Origin: Catajapyx aquilonaris | Lineage: Eukaryota | DNA: 64,000 nt | Direction: 5' to 3' | Assembly: GCA_000934665.2 (NCBI GenBank) | Contig: KZ538092.1 | Coordinates: 124,001 to 188,000, forward strand | In this document: positions 11,431-24,606 of the stretch, in pieces | Numbering within the stretch: position 1 is the stretch's first letter | Layout: each line of letters begins with the position of its first letter | Notes under the pieces: model-generated | What the model was told of the DNA's origin: nothing | The model's input: the letters and a program-made list of their open reading frames with translations, nothing else | The model's database searches: none | Position numbers and translations under genes: made by a program

Positions 11431-14400
11431 TCAGACGAATATCGGTCCTGCAATGATTGAACAATCAGTTAGTTTATTGCACCTTAAATGTACCGTGTTA
11501 TGCAATAATGAGTCAACCCACCCGAGAACAGTTTTGAGAAAAAGAGCTTTGAATGTCACACAGCATGTGAAATTAATTCAGTGTCCTTTTCGGTCATTAT
11601 TATGACAAGCTTGGTTTTAACTGAATAAAGTAAGATCCTTTGAGCGTAACTCAATTGTGACATTTTGATGGGTTGACACATTATTGCATAACACCGTCCA
11701 AATATACAATAATTTTCCTCCAAATTGAAAGTAATTGTGCTTACTGTTTGTGTCGGGACAGTCGCCAGACCCGACTCCTTGAAGTGAATTCCTGGACTGA
11801 TCTGAAGATGAAACGTGGTGCAGAAGAGGCTGCTGGCACTGTTGCTGCCAACAGTCTCTCCTGGACAGTCCTCTGGCTGGTAGCACCCCTTGGACGCCTC
11901 CTCCGACAGTGGATGGCGGTGCTGGCACCAGATGAGATGAGGCCGAGCTGGGAGGTGGAGGCAGGTGTGGGTAGCTGGCCACGGTGCTTGGGGTGGGTCC
12001 TTTGCCACCCATCGGGTGATGCTGGTGCTGCGCCTGCCCCTGCTGAGGGTGATGTCGACGACGACAGCTTTTGTGACGACGACGCCTCCAGCAGTATATG
12101 CCCAACACCAGGACGACAGCTCCGGCGACACCAGCCGCTGATATTGACACCATTAGGGTCATAGGGATGGACTCTGTAGAACCAGCTGTGAAATAGACAC
12201 AAAAGATCCGTCTTATATAGTTACTTCTAAAATAAACAGGAAGGCATATTCCGTGTATAGGTGCATAAGTAATAGCTGTTTGCAAGGTGATCGATACGAG
12301 ATAGCATCTCCGAAGCGCCTTTAGTCCAAGTACTCGGCACAGACACTGGATTATTAGATATTCATAGGAAAAGGCAGTAGTAATCAAGAGAGTCAACAGA
12401 GCCAGACGCATTAAAATTCATTGGTTACGCCTTGTAATCAGCAGAAATAAAGAATTCCCCCCACCCCCTCCCTTTCCCTTTCCCTTTTTCCTTTCCAACT
12501 CCGGATGCCTTCTTTCGCTATCCGTCTCTCATTCTGCTGTATGTATGCAATTATGCATAATAGATATCACCGAGAGTTTGTTCATTATCGGGATTTGAAC
12601 GCGAGAATGAAACGGGAATCCTATGCTGAATACCTTTCTGCAGCAGAGATGCTCCAAATCTCGAGATGCAAAGACGTCGATATATTACGGGCCGCCATGC
12701 AACGTTAGCTCTCTATTAACGCTACAGGAACCACGGTTCAGCTACATTTACTTTGGCGCAAGGAACACTTTGAAATTGCTCCTAAAATAGAATTACCTGT
12801 TTAACAAAGGAAGCTGCGCTTTTCACAACATGCATCCTTGCACACTGCCAGGAAGGTAAATAGTATATACAGTGTATAAGTCCCTGTACATGAAATTGCC
12901 TATAAAAGTCACATTATATCTGAGAATCTAAATAGTGTTAGGAATCACACTGCATGAACACTCTAAAACAATAAGGATGTAAATCAAACTAACACTGACA
13001 AGTGAGTGTACCTCTTTGTATATTCAACTTCAGTGACACTACCAATTTTTTTTTGTTATGTAATGCTCAGGTGTTGGAAAAATAAGTTTGAGTCAAGAGA
13101 TCCTGGTTTAGTTTCTCTACTCAATGTACAGTACGTTATATTTAAGTTTAATTGTAATGCAATTTTTTGACGATTTATTTATTTATTTATTAGAATACTC
13201 TATTGAGTCCTTGCCATTTTTTTGAGTAAGTTAGGCCTACTTCGCTGACAACAAAATTGACGAGGGTTGTCTACTCACCAGAAGGTTTTCCCAATTTCAA
13301 AAATTCATGCGGAAAAAAAGCTGAGTGGGAAAGATTCAAGAGTGCGGAGACAGCAAGGAAATGCGAGAAAATCCATATAAGGAGTGACAGGAAGTGGGAG
13401 GAGTAATCCTTGGGAATACGGCAAAATCCAAGGAAATCCCAGATTTCGCCATACGATAATCCCAAAGAATTTAGATAAAACCCGCAGAGAATTTCCTTTC
13501 GGTTATGCTCCCCTGCAAGATGAGAAATTCTGACAGTGAGTAATATGGGTACCAGCAACCTGGTTGGAGACCCTGTAAGGTGATCTCGCTTATCTTGTGA
13601 TCTGATACGCCTGAAACTTGGCGTGTTGTCTACTCATATTCGACTCTTGTCAAGAAAAAAAAGGTCCTGTCTTTTGTGGCGTAGCAACCTTTGTTACTTG
13701 ATGCTTACTATTTTTCTTCTAGATCTTATCATGTCTCAGGTCTCATTTTGCCTCCAAATGCAGGACTCACGATACACCCAGTGGGCCTCTCAGACATCTG
13801 GGTCAATTGCCCTTTGAGGTGGCAGCAAGTGGTGTTTATATTATATCCTAAACACTTTGATAAGCGGTCTGCAAACAGTAGCTCGGTTATATTAACTGTC
13901 AATCAAGTGAGAATTCCAATTAATATATGGGAGGAGATTTGATTTTTTCCTATGTAAGAGAGAGCCTTTTCCGACTTGTCCACGTAAATTGTACCGCACT
14001 ATAAAACTAATATTTCTACACAGAATAATTTTCACGTCAATTATTATCCAACTCCTAAACTTTTGTATCTATAGAATACCGGTAGTTTATGGAAAACCAT
14101 AATATGAGTAAAGGGTGTGGAAAAGACATATATAAGTGAAAAATATACGGACATAATTATTACGTGTAAATGGACAATTTTAGGTGAAAAAATACGTAGC
14201 TTTGATTTCGATTTCACAACTAGACTAATTGGCAAAATTTTAAATGCAAATGAACTATTTTACTTTCTTCATACTTATCAGTGTGTTTATTGTCGCTTCA
14301 TAACCTCATAAAAACATACTTTAAGAAAGAGTGTTATTAAGTGTTGGACATGAACTTTCAACTGACCTGGACGAACTTTAAGTTCAGCCTGCGAGTGATC

Positions 14401-17400
14401 ATATCCTTGCTCGTTGGTGGCCAGACACACGTAATCCCCAGAGTCATCGATTGAGACCTTTGAGATTCTGAGCGTCTTTGAGAAGGATCCGTCCGGCAAT
14501 GGCTGAGTGGCCGACGCCCCATGTCTTAGAAGCTGGAAGGCTCGACCGTCGACCAAAAGCATGTCATCTGCCTCGTGGTTGACCTCCGACTGGTGCTGGT
14601 TCTCCACCTTCTTCAACCACTGAATGTGCGGAAGTACCTCGCTGTTCACCTTGCAATCCAGCAACACCGACTCACCCTGTGACGCCTGCCAGCCCCTGTC
14701 CGAGTGCATTCCGACCACCTCCGGACGTTTCTCGGCTCGTTCTGAAACAGAATAATTGATGAGACGACGACGGAACAACTTCAGGCGCTGACAACGTACC
14801 GACAACTTGAACCCGGAAGGAATTCTCGACGTTCCCGAAAGAGTTGGACGCTCTGCATAGGTACGTCCCAGAATCCTCTGGAGACAAATGGGTGAAATGA
14901 AGGACAGCCTTGTCCTGCGGATCCTTCGCATGATGCTGCTCAGGCAGGGCATACCCTTCCTGTAACACAACATGAAATTTTGGCGGAATTCTCAGGTATC
15001 ACCCTATTCATTTTTTTTAATGGGCTTGAAAACCGACCTTGTACCAGAGTAGCTGAGGTTCAGGAACTCCGTCGACATGACACCTGAGGATGAGCGATGC
15101 CCCAACCGGCCTCTTGAAACTGCCCTCTTGATGGGCATCCGTGAAGAAAGGTCTCACGCCTAATGTTCCGGCCGGAAGCCGCCCAGATCTTTCAGTCGCT
15201 GGCGCGTTCGGATCTGGAGCAAAAAAAAACATTTCCCATCACAAAAACTATAGGAGTGAGTCCCCCCCAAAAAAGAGTATTGTTGTACCATAGACGACCA
15301 GTCTGAGTGAGACTTCCTCGGATCCAAATCCATTGACCCCTTTACAGACGTAGATTCCGGAATCTTCTATCTCTGCATCCTTGATCCGGAGCCCTCGGGA
15401 ACTGGCCCGGAAGCGGGGCCAGGCTGTGTTTATGGCCTCTCCGTCCTACGGTACCAGAAAAGGGGAGGTTAATACAATAAATCCGGGCTGCACTATGCAA
15501 TAAACAACACAAACTGCATACCTTGAACCACTCCAATATTGGTCTTGGGTGGCCTTCGATGGGGCAGTCCAGACGAAAGCTTGCACCGATGGGCTGGGAT
15601 ATGGCGAGGTCACCCTGCGAGGTCACCTGGGGTGGTCCTATCAATCAGACAGAAAATATTATATAATTAATAACAAAATTATGTGCCTGATGGGGGTATA
15701 TCTCAACTGATTGGGACATCAGCAGCGGATTTCAGGCATAAAAATAGGGTCTAATTAAGGTCCGCTTGATATAGTCTGGAATTCAATATGGTTTCCCCGG
15801 ATGGGATTATTACTCGGCGTGGCGATAATTAGGCATGCAAATGAAGGGTGTGCGCCACGTGGCAACACCGCGGCCTGCATTCAGATTTATGGCGCTGGAA
15901 TCCTTTTTGGGCGCCGTGGATGAGCGTTGGGGCGCAAAATGGGATCTAATGAGCAAGGCTTAAAGGCTCTTTCAACCACCCACCCACCCACCCTGTGCTG
16001 TCACATTTTTGCAAATCTGCACTAGGAATAATACACCAGCAGGCAACACATTCAGTCACGATCTAAAATGACTTTTATGACACCCTGTATACTGTAACCA
16101 CTTGTTGGTCGATATATTTTGGCGTATGTTTCAAGACAGGTGTCGGTTGTAATAGCCTTTTCAAAATGGGCTATAAAGTAATCAGGAACACAACACTTTT
16201 GAGGGCCGGGCTATTAAAGCAGTGCATACTAAACAAAAAGTTATATGAACTCTTGCGATCTGAATGGCATGTTTTTTATGGGAGCCATTAATACAGCTGG
16301 GAGGGAAAAAACAGTATTTTTCCTTCTTTCAGTTATCGACAAATTGACCCGACACCACTTCTTTGCTCTGGAGGACTAAACTTTTTTTTTCCAGAACTTG
16401 AGTCGTTGTTTGCACTTTGCAGTCTCCTGTGCATTACCCGGGGCTTTTTGCGACCAATATAAAACTCCTGCACCGTAGTTCAACAGTCTGAAATACTACT
16501 CCTCTTTTTGCACTTAAAAGTTTTATCATCTACAGCAGTTAAAAAGTTCCACCTTTTTATATATGCTGGTCGAAATCCAACATTTCACAAACAGACATTT
16601 GGAACTCATGAAAATGGAGCTAAATTATATCTTTAAAGCCCATATATAGACATAACATATCAAATGACCCATCAGAGTGGACCAATCTGAATTCCACTCT
16701 GGCCACAGTCTGACCATCCCTTTTCGAATAGGTGAAATAACTCAGTGATTGAGCAATGCTTGGTTGGTGTAGAGATTTGCATTACTGTAGGCTTTATAGC
16801 CAGTTCGACGACCGAGTGTGTCTCCATGCTGCCTTTTTTATTGTTGTTATCCCCAACACGAGAGTGACCAAGAGGAACGGACCAAAGAGGAAAACCTGAA
16901 AGCTGCAAGGCAGGTGTCAACCTTAAGGGTGAGTGAACTTTTTTAAAAAAATTTCTTCAGTCCATCGCAGGGTCCTAAAACCTTTTAAAATGTGGCCTGA
17001 ACGACAGTGGAATTGAACGCTCCACCTGCTGGGTATAGGTGTGGCGGAATTGCATTTTTGCAGAGCTTCATGCATAAAAGTTGCGCTATCGGGTGAAATC
17101 CTATCATGTATATCCGGACGATCATCGCATGATTTACCTGCCAGAAAATATAATAATAGCGTGTGTGCCTCGTATAACCTGGGGAGTGACAGCACAATAT
17201 CGGTCGAGCCAGTGCCTGGATGTTGACACAGTTATGGGCCACAAAAATCGGATTATTAGAGACAACAAAAGGCAGTTCGAGGCGTGATATTGTCACCGAG
17301 CAGGCGACATTTTAGCCTCACATTGCTCCTTAAAAATCTGGTCCACGCCATAACTTTTTTCCAACCACTCTATATAAGAAAAAAAAAACGAGCTGCTTTG

Positions 17401-20400
17401 ATATCCACTTGCTGAGTTTTAGTGCCCTATTTTTAGAGTCACATTTTCTGACTCGAGTGAGTTTTTCGGTGATAATCTATAACTTGTCGTACACGTCTCT
17501 TCGCTGCCGTCTCTAAACCGCAGCCGCTTTAAAATAAATTTAAATTTAAACTGCGATTAAATGTTCAACATTTTGTGGACTGAGATTTCACATATGAAAA
17601 ATAAATGTCTGGATGTTGTTTAGGGAGAAGTGAGGGAGGGGGGGGGGGGAAATATTTTCTCCCCCCCCATATCCGTCACCATTGACAGGAAGAAACCTGT
17701 TAGCAGACATAGCCGGAATTGTACACTCCAAGTTGTTGAATATTAGAAGTGTTATTTATAATTCAACGTTGTATAACAGTTGGGAAAGAGAGGGAGGGTC
17801 ATTGAATCACTCTATAATTTATTTGCTCTTCTCGGAATGTCAGTGTGACGAGCAGGAGGGGGGAAATAGTCCGAAACGTCTCCGAGGATTTCTCCTGGCC
17901 TCTGCAAACTGTTGTTTTTACATCTGCTGCATTTCCGGTGTAATTACTAAAAATAAGTAGCTTACCACAAGCTGCTTATTTTCTTTATCCGTCATATTTT
18001 GGCCTCTCATTAATTCAGTAAGTTGTAAGTAGTGTCTAATATTGAACTGTGTTCACACAAACAAGGCCCTGTTGAGTTATGCTGGTGTATATGCCAGACC
18101 CTATTTAGTGAATCCAGCCTCTTATGCAAAAACGAGCCGGCACTTTTTTCCCTCCAACTTTAGAAGGCGTGTATGGGCTTCCATCAATGCATGTATAATA
18201 CCCAGAACCGGCGACGGAGCAGGTGTGTGGGACTTGAAGAGTATGCCGCCAGCAGCTAGCCTGCTTTGCATAGCCAATTTTCAGTCCCTGAGAGAAAATG
18301 CCAACCACTCTTTTCCGGAGACGGGAAAAAACTTCGTCACGCATTAAAAGCGTAAAACTGGTAACTTGTATAAAGTGCACATGATGTAGTGTAGGCGAGC
18401 CTCAATTTGTCTCTGGCAAGTTAATGGGCTCCTTTGACAGTCGACGCAGCAATCAAAACCCGGGGACCTCTTCTTCTTCTTCTTCCCAACCAATTCTTCC
18501 GCCCCCGCTGCTTTTTGCCCGCAAAAAGGGATCAAAAACAGGGCGGCCTCCCGACATTTCAGTGCCTTCAACCATCTTCATCAGGTGCCTTTTGACGAAC
18601 AATTATTTCGCGATTGAGGCGATGGGAAAAGTTGGGAACTGGTCTGATGGAAGAAATTCCTTGCTCGACCTAAGTTTATGCCGTCTTGAGAGTGGGATGG
18701 AGAAACTTCCCTCATCCAAAAAAATAAAAGAAAATAAAAAAAGAAAGAAGAAGGATTCCACCCACACCTTCTTTGGTAACCATGACAGCAAGTGCACCAT
18801 CTTTTTTCATATCGACAGTGGGGGGAACTCCCTTTTCTTTGAAGGAACAACAAAGGAGGGGGAGGCCTTGTTCGGGTTTTGGCAAAGGTACAGCCTGATG
18901 CAAAAAAAAATTGGTGCGCGAATTTTTTTGAGGAGGAGAGTACCAGAATTAATCTCTGGGGAGGCTTACCCCAACGTCATTGCCATCTTGTTGGGTGTCC
19001 GGAAACATGGGGCTTCCCCGGAATATCCGAGCTAATTATCCGGCCTGAGAGGGGGATGATTCTAAGGGGGGTGGATTTATTTTAACATGGAGTGCGCCAG
19101 AGAGCTCGGTTTTTAGGCAACGTCCTCGGGTCTGAACCTGCTGAAAGTTGATGACATGTGGATTGCGGACAATTCCGCATTTTCCTCATTGCACGTTCAA
19201 CTGGTTCAACTGGTGTGGTCAGATTACATTAAACTGTCTCGAGAGAGGGATCCACACCATCAGCTTTTCTATATAGTAACAAATAGGTTTGGTATGGGGG
19301 GGACATATTTTCAGTTCAAAAGTGTCTCTATGATTGTGTGGGTCTATCAAAAAATGTGGAAGGGAAATCCGGTTCCTGCCATTTTTATATGCCTTTTGTT
19401 GCTTCCCATCTATAGTGCTGCACCTGCTTGGGTTGAGTGCAACATATTTCACGGTCTCATAATTCGCACACAAACACACATAATGCACCAACATATTTTA
19501 CGACCCCAGGAGCCCGTGTGCTGGAAGCGACGTAAATGCGGCCTCCACCCAGCAGCACCCTCCCCTATACCCCCCAACCCTTGTCCCCATAATTATGTCA
19601 CTTTCATCCGGCCCTGCCTAACAGCTACATAGTCTGGAGCAGCACCAGGAGTACACTAAACCCCTGAGCGCACTGCTGGAGATATCCAAACCGTGTCACA
19701 ATTAAAGCTTGAAATTTATAGCTATTCTTCTCAGTTACTGTTAGTCACTCAGCTGGCACTGTGCAGGCCAGTTCATAAAAAAAATGAAACAAAAAAATAA
19801 GCCATATCCAGGTTAATATCAGAGCTGAATTATGTTATAACTCAAGATCTTCACAGGTCTGATAATAAAAAAAGTTTGGGGAAAGGAATTTCACTGAATC
19901 ACCTGGCAGCTTGGGCGTGAAAAGGAAGCGTATGATATATTTTTCTCTCCTCGACATTCCGGGCAAAAACGGATGTTTTTCAGGCGGTCCCAAGTCCAGA
20001 ACCCGAAAGGGTCGCAGGGTTCGAAAAAGAAGACTCGAAAAAGAAGAAGAAGAAAAAAAGATGCTCGGAATTCCTATTGCGCCCCCCCTTTGGGAAGAAG
20101 AAGCTTCCCATTTCCCATCCAATTTCCCGCCCAGAGCAGAAGGACTCGTGTCGTCGATAGATTTCCATTGACCGGGGCCGAACTTTGCCGAAGTTTCTAA
20201 TGAAAATCTGGTTTCAAAAGCTTGGGGGGGTTCTAATAATATCTCGGGGGCCAATTTTGCTCTCCCAGTTTGTGATGGCTGAAGGCGGCCTGCTGGCTGG
20301 GGTTTTTTGAAAAGAGTTAATAACCTGACGCTGATATTAATAAAGGTGTCAAATAGATTTCATTTGAACGACGTTGATGGGAAAATATGGCGGATAAATC

Positions 20401-23400
20401 CTTTGATTCCTGATGTGCAGCCCTCATTTGTAATGCGCAAAATTACCCCCAGCTTTTTTTGTGGGGATTAGCTGGAATAATAAAAAAAAAAGCTGAGGCA
20501 ATTTCTCTCCATTCTGAAAGCTTCTTTAGGATTCAATCCTCGGCTAGCAAATAACTTGGGCCCCCGTCCCCCTTTTCTGCTGCCATGTTCCGAAATGTAT
20601 TACTTTAAATAGGATCACATTAGAGGAAGGCCCCCAAGAAAAAAGGCCAGCAGTTTCTAAGGGAAACAAAAGGAGGAGCGCAGCATCAAAGGGACTTGAT
20701 ATAATTGGCCCTTGTTGCCAGCTTGCTTCCTCTGGGAATTGCCAAAAAAAATTGCATTGTTTTTTTGGGGGAGTTAGGATGTCGTCGCTGGTCCTAAATT
20801 AAGCCCTCAAAAAAAGTTGGTAATTGAGGAAATGTAAAAGGGCGAGAGGGGGTCGTGTTCTTCCGCGCCTTAATTAGATGGTTGAAGGGATAATTAATCC
20901 CAAAACACTTCCAGCTGACAAGTGGAGGGTTGGGTGCTATACGGGTTGTAAAAGTCGTGACAACACCGGAGAAGCACACAGGAGAGGAAACGTGGCGTCA
21001 GGGGAGCTCCGGTGAGTAAAGCACGGCATGAATTATCCAATAGAAAGTTTCTCGCCCGGGCCTTTGAGATGTTCTCAATTGGGGGGCGAAAATTTGCCCG
21101 ACGGCAGATTCGCCATGCACAGAGTTTAACTTGCTCGCAATTTCCTGGTCCATGAGACACACACACTCGACTTGCCAGGGCGTATGAAATGAAGATTAAT
21201 TGCGCACAAATTATCCGCCAAGTCCGCGTGTTTTTTTTCTGCTCTATAGCCTCGTTTCAAAATATTGCAGTAATTCAATTAAGATTCATGGTCCGGTACG
21301 AGTTACATGGAGTTCGTGCGGAAAATAACGAAGTGTGTCCTCGATTCTTAGAGACAGCCGAGTATGTGGGTTAGATTCACTCCCTCGGGGGACCATCTCC
21401 AGCCAAACGCGATGATTACAACTGCTGGAGAAAGAAAAAGGTAGGTCACCCACCTGCTCAACACACCGAGTAATTTTATTTTGGCTCCAGAAAATGACCA
21501 CCTTTTTTTTAAAAAAAAATGTTGACACGACCTTGCCAACAGTTGCCAACAATACATTAACCCAACCCGGATATGCCCGTGTTTAATTTTTAAAATATTT
21601 TTGTGAACCTAACATTTGTATAGGTGTCCTATCAGTGTAGACAGTGTTATGCAATAATGAGTCAACCCGCATGAGAAAGTGAAATTAATTCAATGGCCTT
21701 TTCGGTCATTTATCGGGCAGAAGTATGCAGATTTCGTCAGCTTGATTTGAATTGAATGAAGTACGATCCTTTGGGTGTATATGTTCCTGACATTTTTGTG
21801 GGTTGACACATTATTGCATATCACCGTCCACGTGACGCTTTCGGACTAAGAATGATGTTAAACTATCTTTTTATTGGCAGCCTTGAGATGTGTCAGTAAC
21901 GTGTCTTTATTTCATCCTATTTAATTTCTGCTCTCCAAAAGGTTACGCACGAAAATACACCAGTCAGCACGTGAACCTTCCCCCCGTCGACACCCGCTAA
22001 TTTGGCATCGGTGGAAAATCAGCGCGCGTATATTAAATGCCGGGCAAATGGACGACACTAACTCCTATTCTTTTTCCGGCCCACATAATTCTCCGCCCAC
22101 CCACTTCCGGTTGGCGAGGCACACTCGCACGCACACTATGGGAAAAAAAACACAAGAAGAAAAGAATCAAATGTGTGTGTGCTGGGCACCGGTAAAGCAC
22201 ATTGGAAGAATCTCTTGACCTTTTTTTTCGCTCTTCGTTTCCGCCTTGCTCTATTGCACACTCGTTTGTACGGGCATCAGCAAAGGAGGACTCCTAACCC
22301 TCCCCAAGGGAGAGACAGACCCTTTTTCTCCGGCAGACAACCATTACGAAACTCAGACGATGACCTGATCTTCTGCAGGAAATATTCACCGAGGTTAAGG
22401 GCAGGACGACTGGACAAGCTTTTTATTGTCTGCTAGTCCGGATTCCGAGGCATAATTTAGAACCGTGTACATGCGCCACATAGATATGCACTTCATCTGG
22501 TTAAGAGATCCTTGTTATTTATATTGGCCAAATGCAAAAAAATTTGCACATTGGCAGGTTACAGGTAACTCCAAAAGTATATACGAGTACAAGTGAATAT
22601 CTGATGTGTTTTTCCGCCTTGATGGAGTGGGATGCAATACACTGTTTTCGACCCAACGTCTCTCGATCGGATGTACTGATCAGCAACAAGTTACTGCCAC
22701 GACCTCCAAATGCTAAGTTCCCACGTGTGGAAAAAGGTTATATGCTGACTACACGGTGAACGGACTGTATATGGAGAGGTCATCTCATGGCTGTACTGTA
22801 CTGTTCATGTCAGACCGTGTCGGGCTATCAAAGATCAGTGGTGGTTGCCGACTCAACATGCAACATGTCCATATACTATAGGGGATGTTACAGGCTCCGA
22901 GCTCCACATATTTTCTTCATACTGGGTCAAAATCACTGGTTTGACAAATAAGCGGAAACCTCCTGCTGCGACCAGTTTCACCTCCCCTACAGAACCAACA
23001 AATCATCTTGACAAATATTGCAATTAATGTATTATATTCCCCAGCGTAATTCGGCCCTGTCACCACCGCTTAGCATAAACTTTTCATCCTGTGCACCAGT
23101 GGAAAAGGACACCTCCACAGCATGTCACACTCATATTTATTGGGACCCGCAGCCATCCACTGGGATTTGGCGAAAAAGCAAGTGCTGCTGGTCTCACAAT
23201 TCGTGTCGCAGGTGTGCCTCTCCAGTGCAGGTGACGTGGTGGGCATAATTAATGCGAACCGCTACAATAAGCTCTAGGTGCGGACGGGTAGAAATTGCGG
23301 GCAAAGTCGAGGGGCACATGGCGCCCTGGAGCCTTTAACGGGCTCCGGGGATTATACGGCCCGGAACGAAGATTAACTTCTTGGCGCAGAAATTGAGCAA

Positions 23401-24606
23401 AATGCTTTTCCTCCTCCTCTTCAAGGCTCCCGGGAAAGTCTTATGGGCTATAACCACGATGGGTCCAACCGTTTTGTAACTTCTTTTTTTGGGGGGAAGG
23501 GGCAGATGGGGCCATATCATGTGATCGATGGACAAGTTCCCTTTGTGGGAGTGTCCCATTAGAGGAAAAGGGGGTCCCATTTCGCCGGACACATCACGTG
23601 GAATTTTTGGTATGACATTTTTCAAGAGACTCGTGAGCTCATTTTTGGATGAGGGAGCAGAAAAGCAAAATTATTCAACTTGAATGAGAGAGCCATTCCG
23701 GGTTTGACGTGAAATATTGCTCAGTTGTTGTAATGTAAACCGCGTAACCTTGCCACCAAATGATGTCCATCAAGCTCCGGTTGTATAAACGCAACGGCAG
23801 TTAAAGTAAACTGCACGTGAAAATAATGAGTGGCATAATAATTGCAGCTTGCGTTTATGCAACAAAGCTTCTTGCCAAAATTAGCCATGAAATTAATAGT
23901 GCAGGAAGCATAAGCACTACCTTGTACTTGTACTGTACCATACACAGATGTGTTTTTTAATTTATTGTTTTTGTTTCCTTCGACGTGCTCTGCCTAATTT
24001 ATTACTCATTTAGGAGAAAGTCGAGGTCGCATATTTCGCTGCAAAATATTTACGCCTTAATATTTGGACAGCGAACAAGATTTGCAAAAAAAGGAGTGTT
24101 ATTACAGGAATCTCTTCCGCCTTTTTTAACGGTTTGCAGACCATGATACAGACCACCAACACTATAGTGCACTTTTTTAACTATATAGTAGCTGGTGATA
24201 TTTTTACTCCGTTATCATTTTTTTTTGTTTGTTCCTGCTTCAGTGGGTATGAACGAGCTGCACAGTTTACAAAATTAGGTATCCTATTTATAACGAAACT
24301 GCTCATGAATTTTCCCATGTTTCTGCGTTTTATTTCCAGTATTATTTATAAATGCAGTGTGCAAATTCGCGACAAGCAGCATTTAACTCCATTACTTTAA
24401 GTGCTTTATTAGATGCCTAATTACCGCAACGCCTGATAAGCTGACTTCCCTTCTAAGCATGTTTTCCAGGCTAATAAATTGTCTCCCATTTCCTGCCATT
24501 TTTCTCTCGATCACTGACCTTTGATCCCTGAATCTGCAAGGGTCCCTGTGGTGGTCAGCAGAAGAGCGGCCAGGACGAGGTTGGCCAGCAGCAGCCGAGT
24601 GGCCAT
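11431..24606 (-). CDS. FGFRL1: FGFRL1-like kinase-less receptor, paralog B, about 509 aa, 8 coding exons (last micro-exon tentative)
   Basis: Exons 24606-24519 (MATRLLLANLVLAALLLTTTGTLADSGIK), 15637-15522, 15445-15289, 15213-15038, 14959-14800, 14741-14367, 12185-11745 and tentatively 11447-11431; the alternative is read-through to a stop at 11617. Ig1 has [10 protein letters not shown]; Ig3 has CKVNSEVLPHIQWLK...YVCLATNEQGY. TM segment LMVSISAAGVAGAVVLVLGIYCW is followed by RRRR. The Ig1 exon sizes (116 and 157 nt) equal those of paralogs A and C. The first coding intron is about 8.9 kb. Confidence 0.87.
11492..11697. mobile_element. MITE family 1, copy 1
   Basis: 28-bp terminal inverted repeats ACCGTGTTATGCAATAATGAGTCAACCC / GGGTTGACACATTATTGCATAACACCGT (2 mismatches). 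The non-coding interior is similar to 21641-21827. Confidence 0.85.
21641..21827. mobile_element. MITE family 1, copy 2 (in the first coding intron of paralog B)
   Basis: Same TIRs (ACAGTGTTATGCAATAATGAGTCAACCC / GGGTTGACACATTATTGCATATCACCGT) and shared internal blocks GTGAAATTAATTCA, CCTTTTCGGTCATT and GATCCTTTG. Confidence 0.85.

Noticed and set aside
11745..11900. Tankyrase-binding motifs in FGFRL1 tails (RNSLQG in B, RPRDQG in C)
   Set aside because: Position 4 does not fit the small-residue Rxx[PGAC]xG consensus; likely chance.
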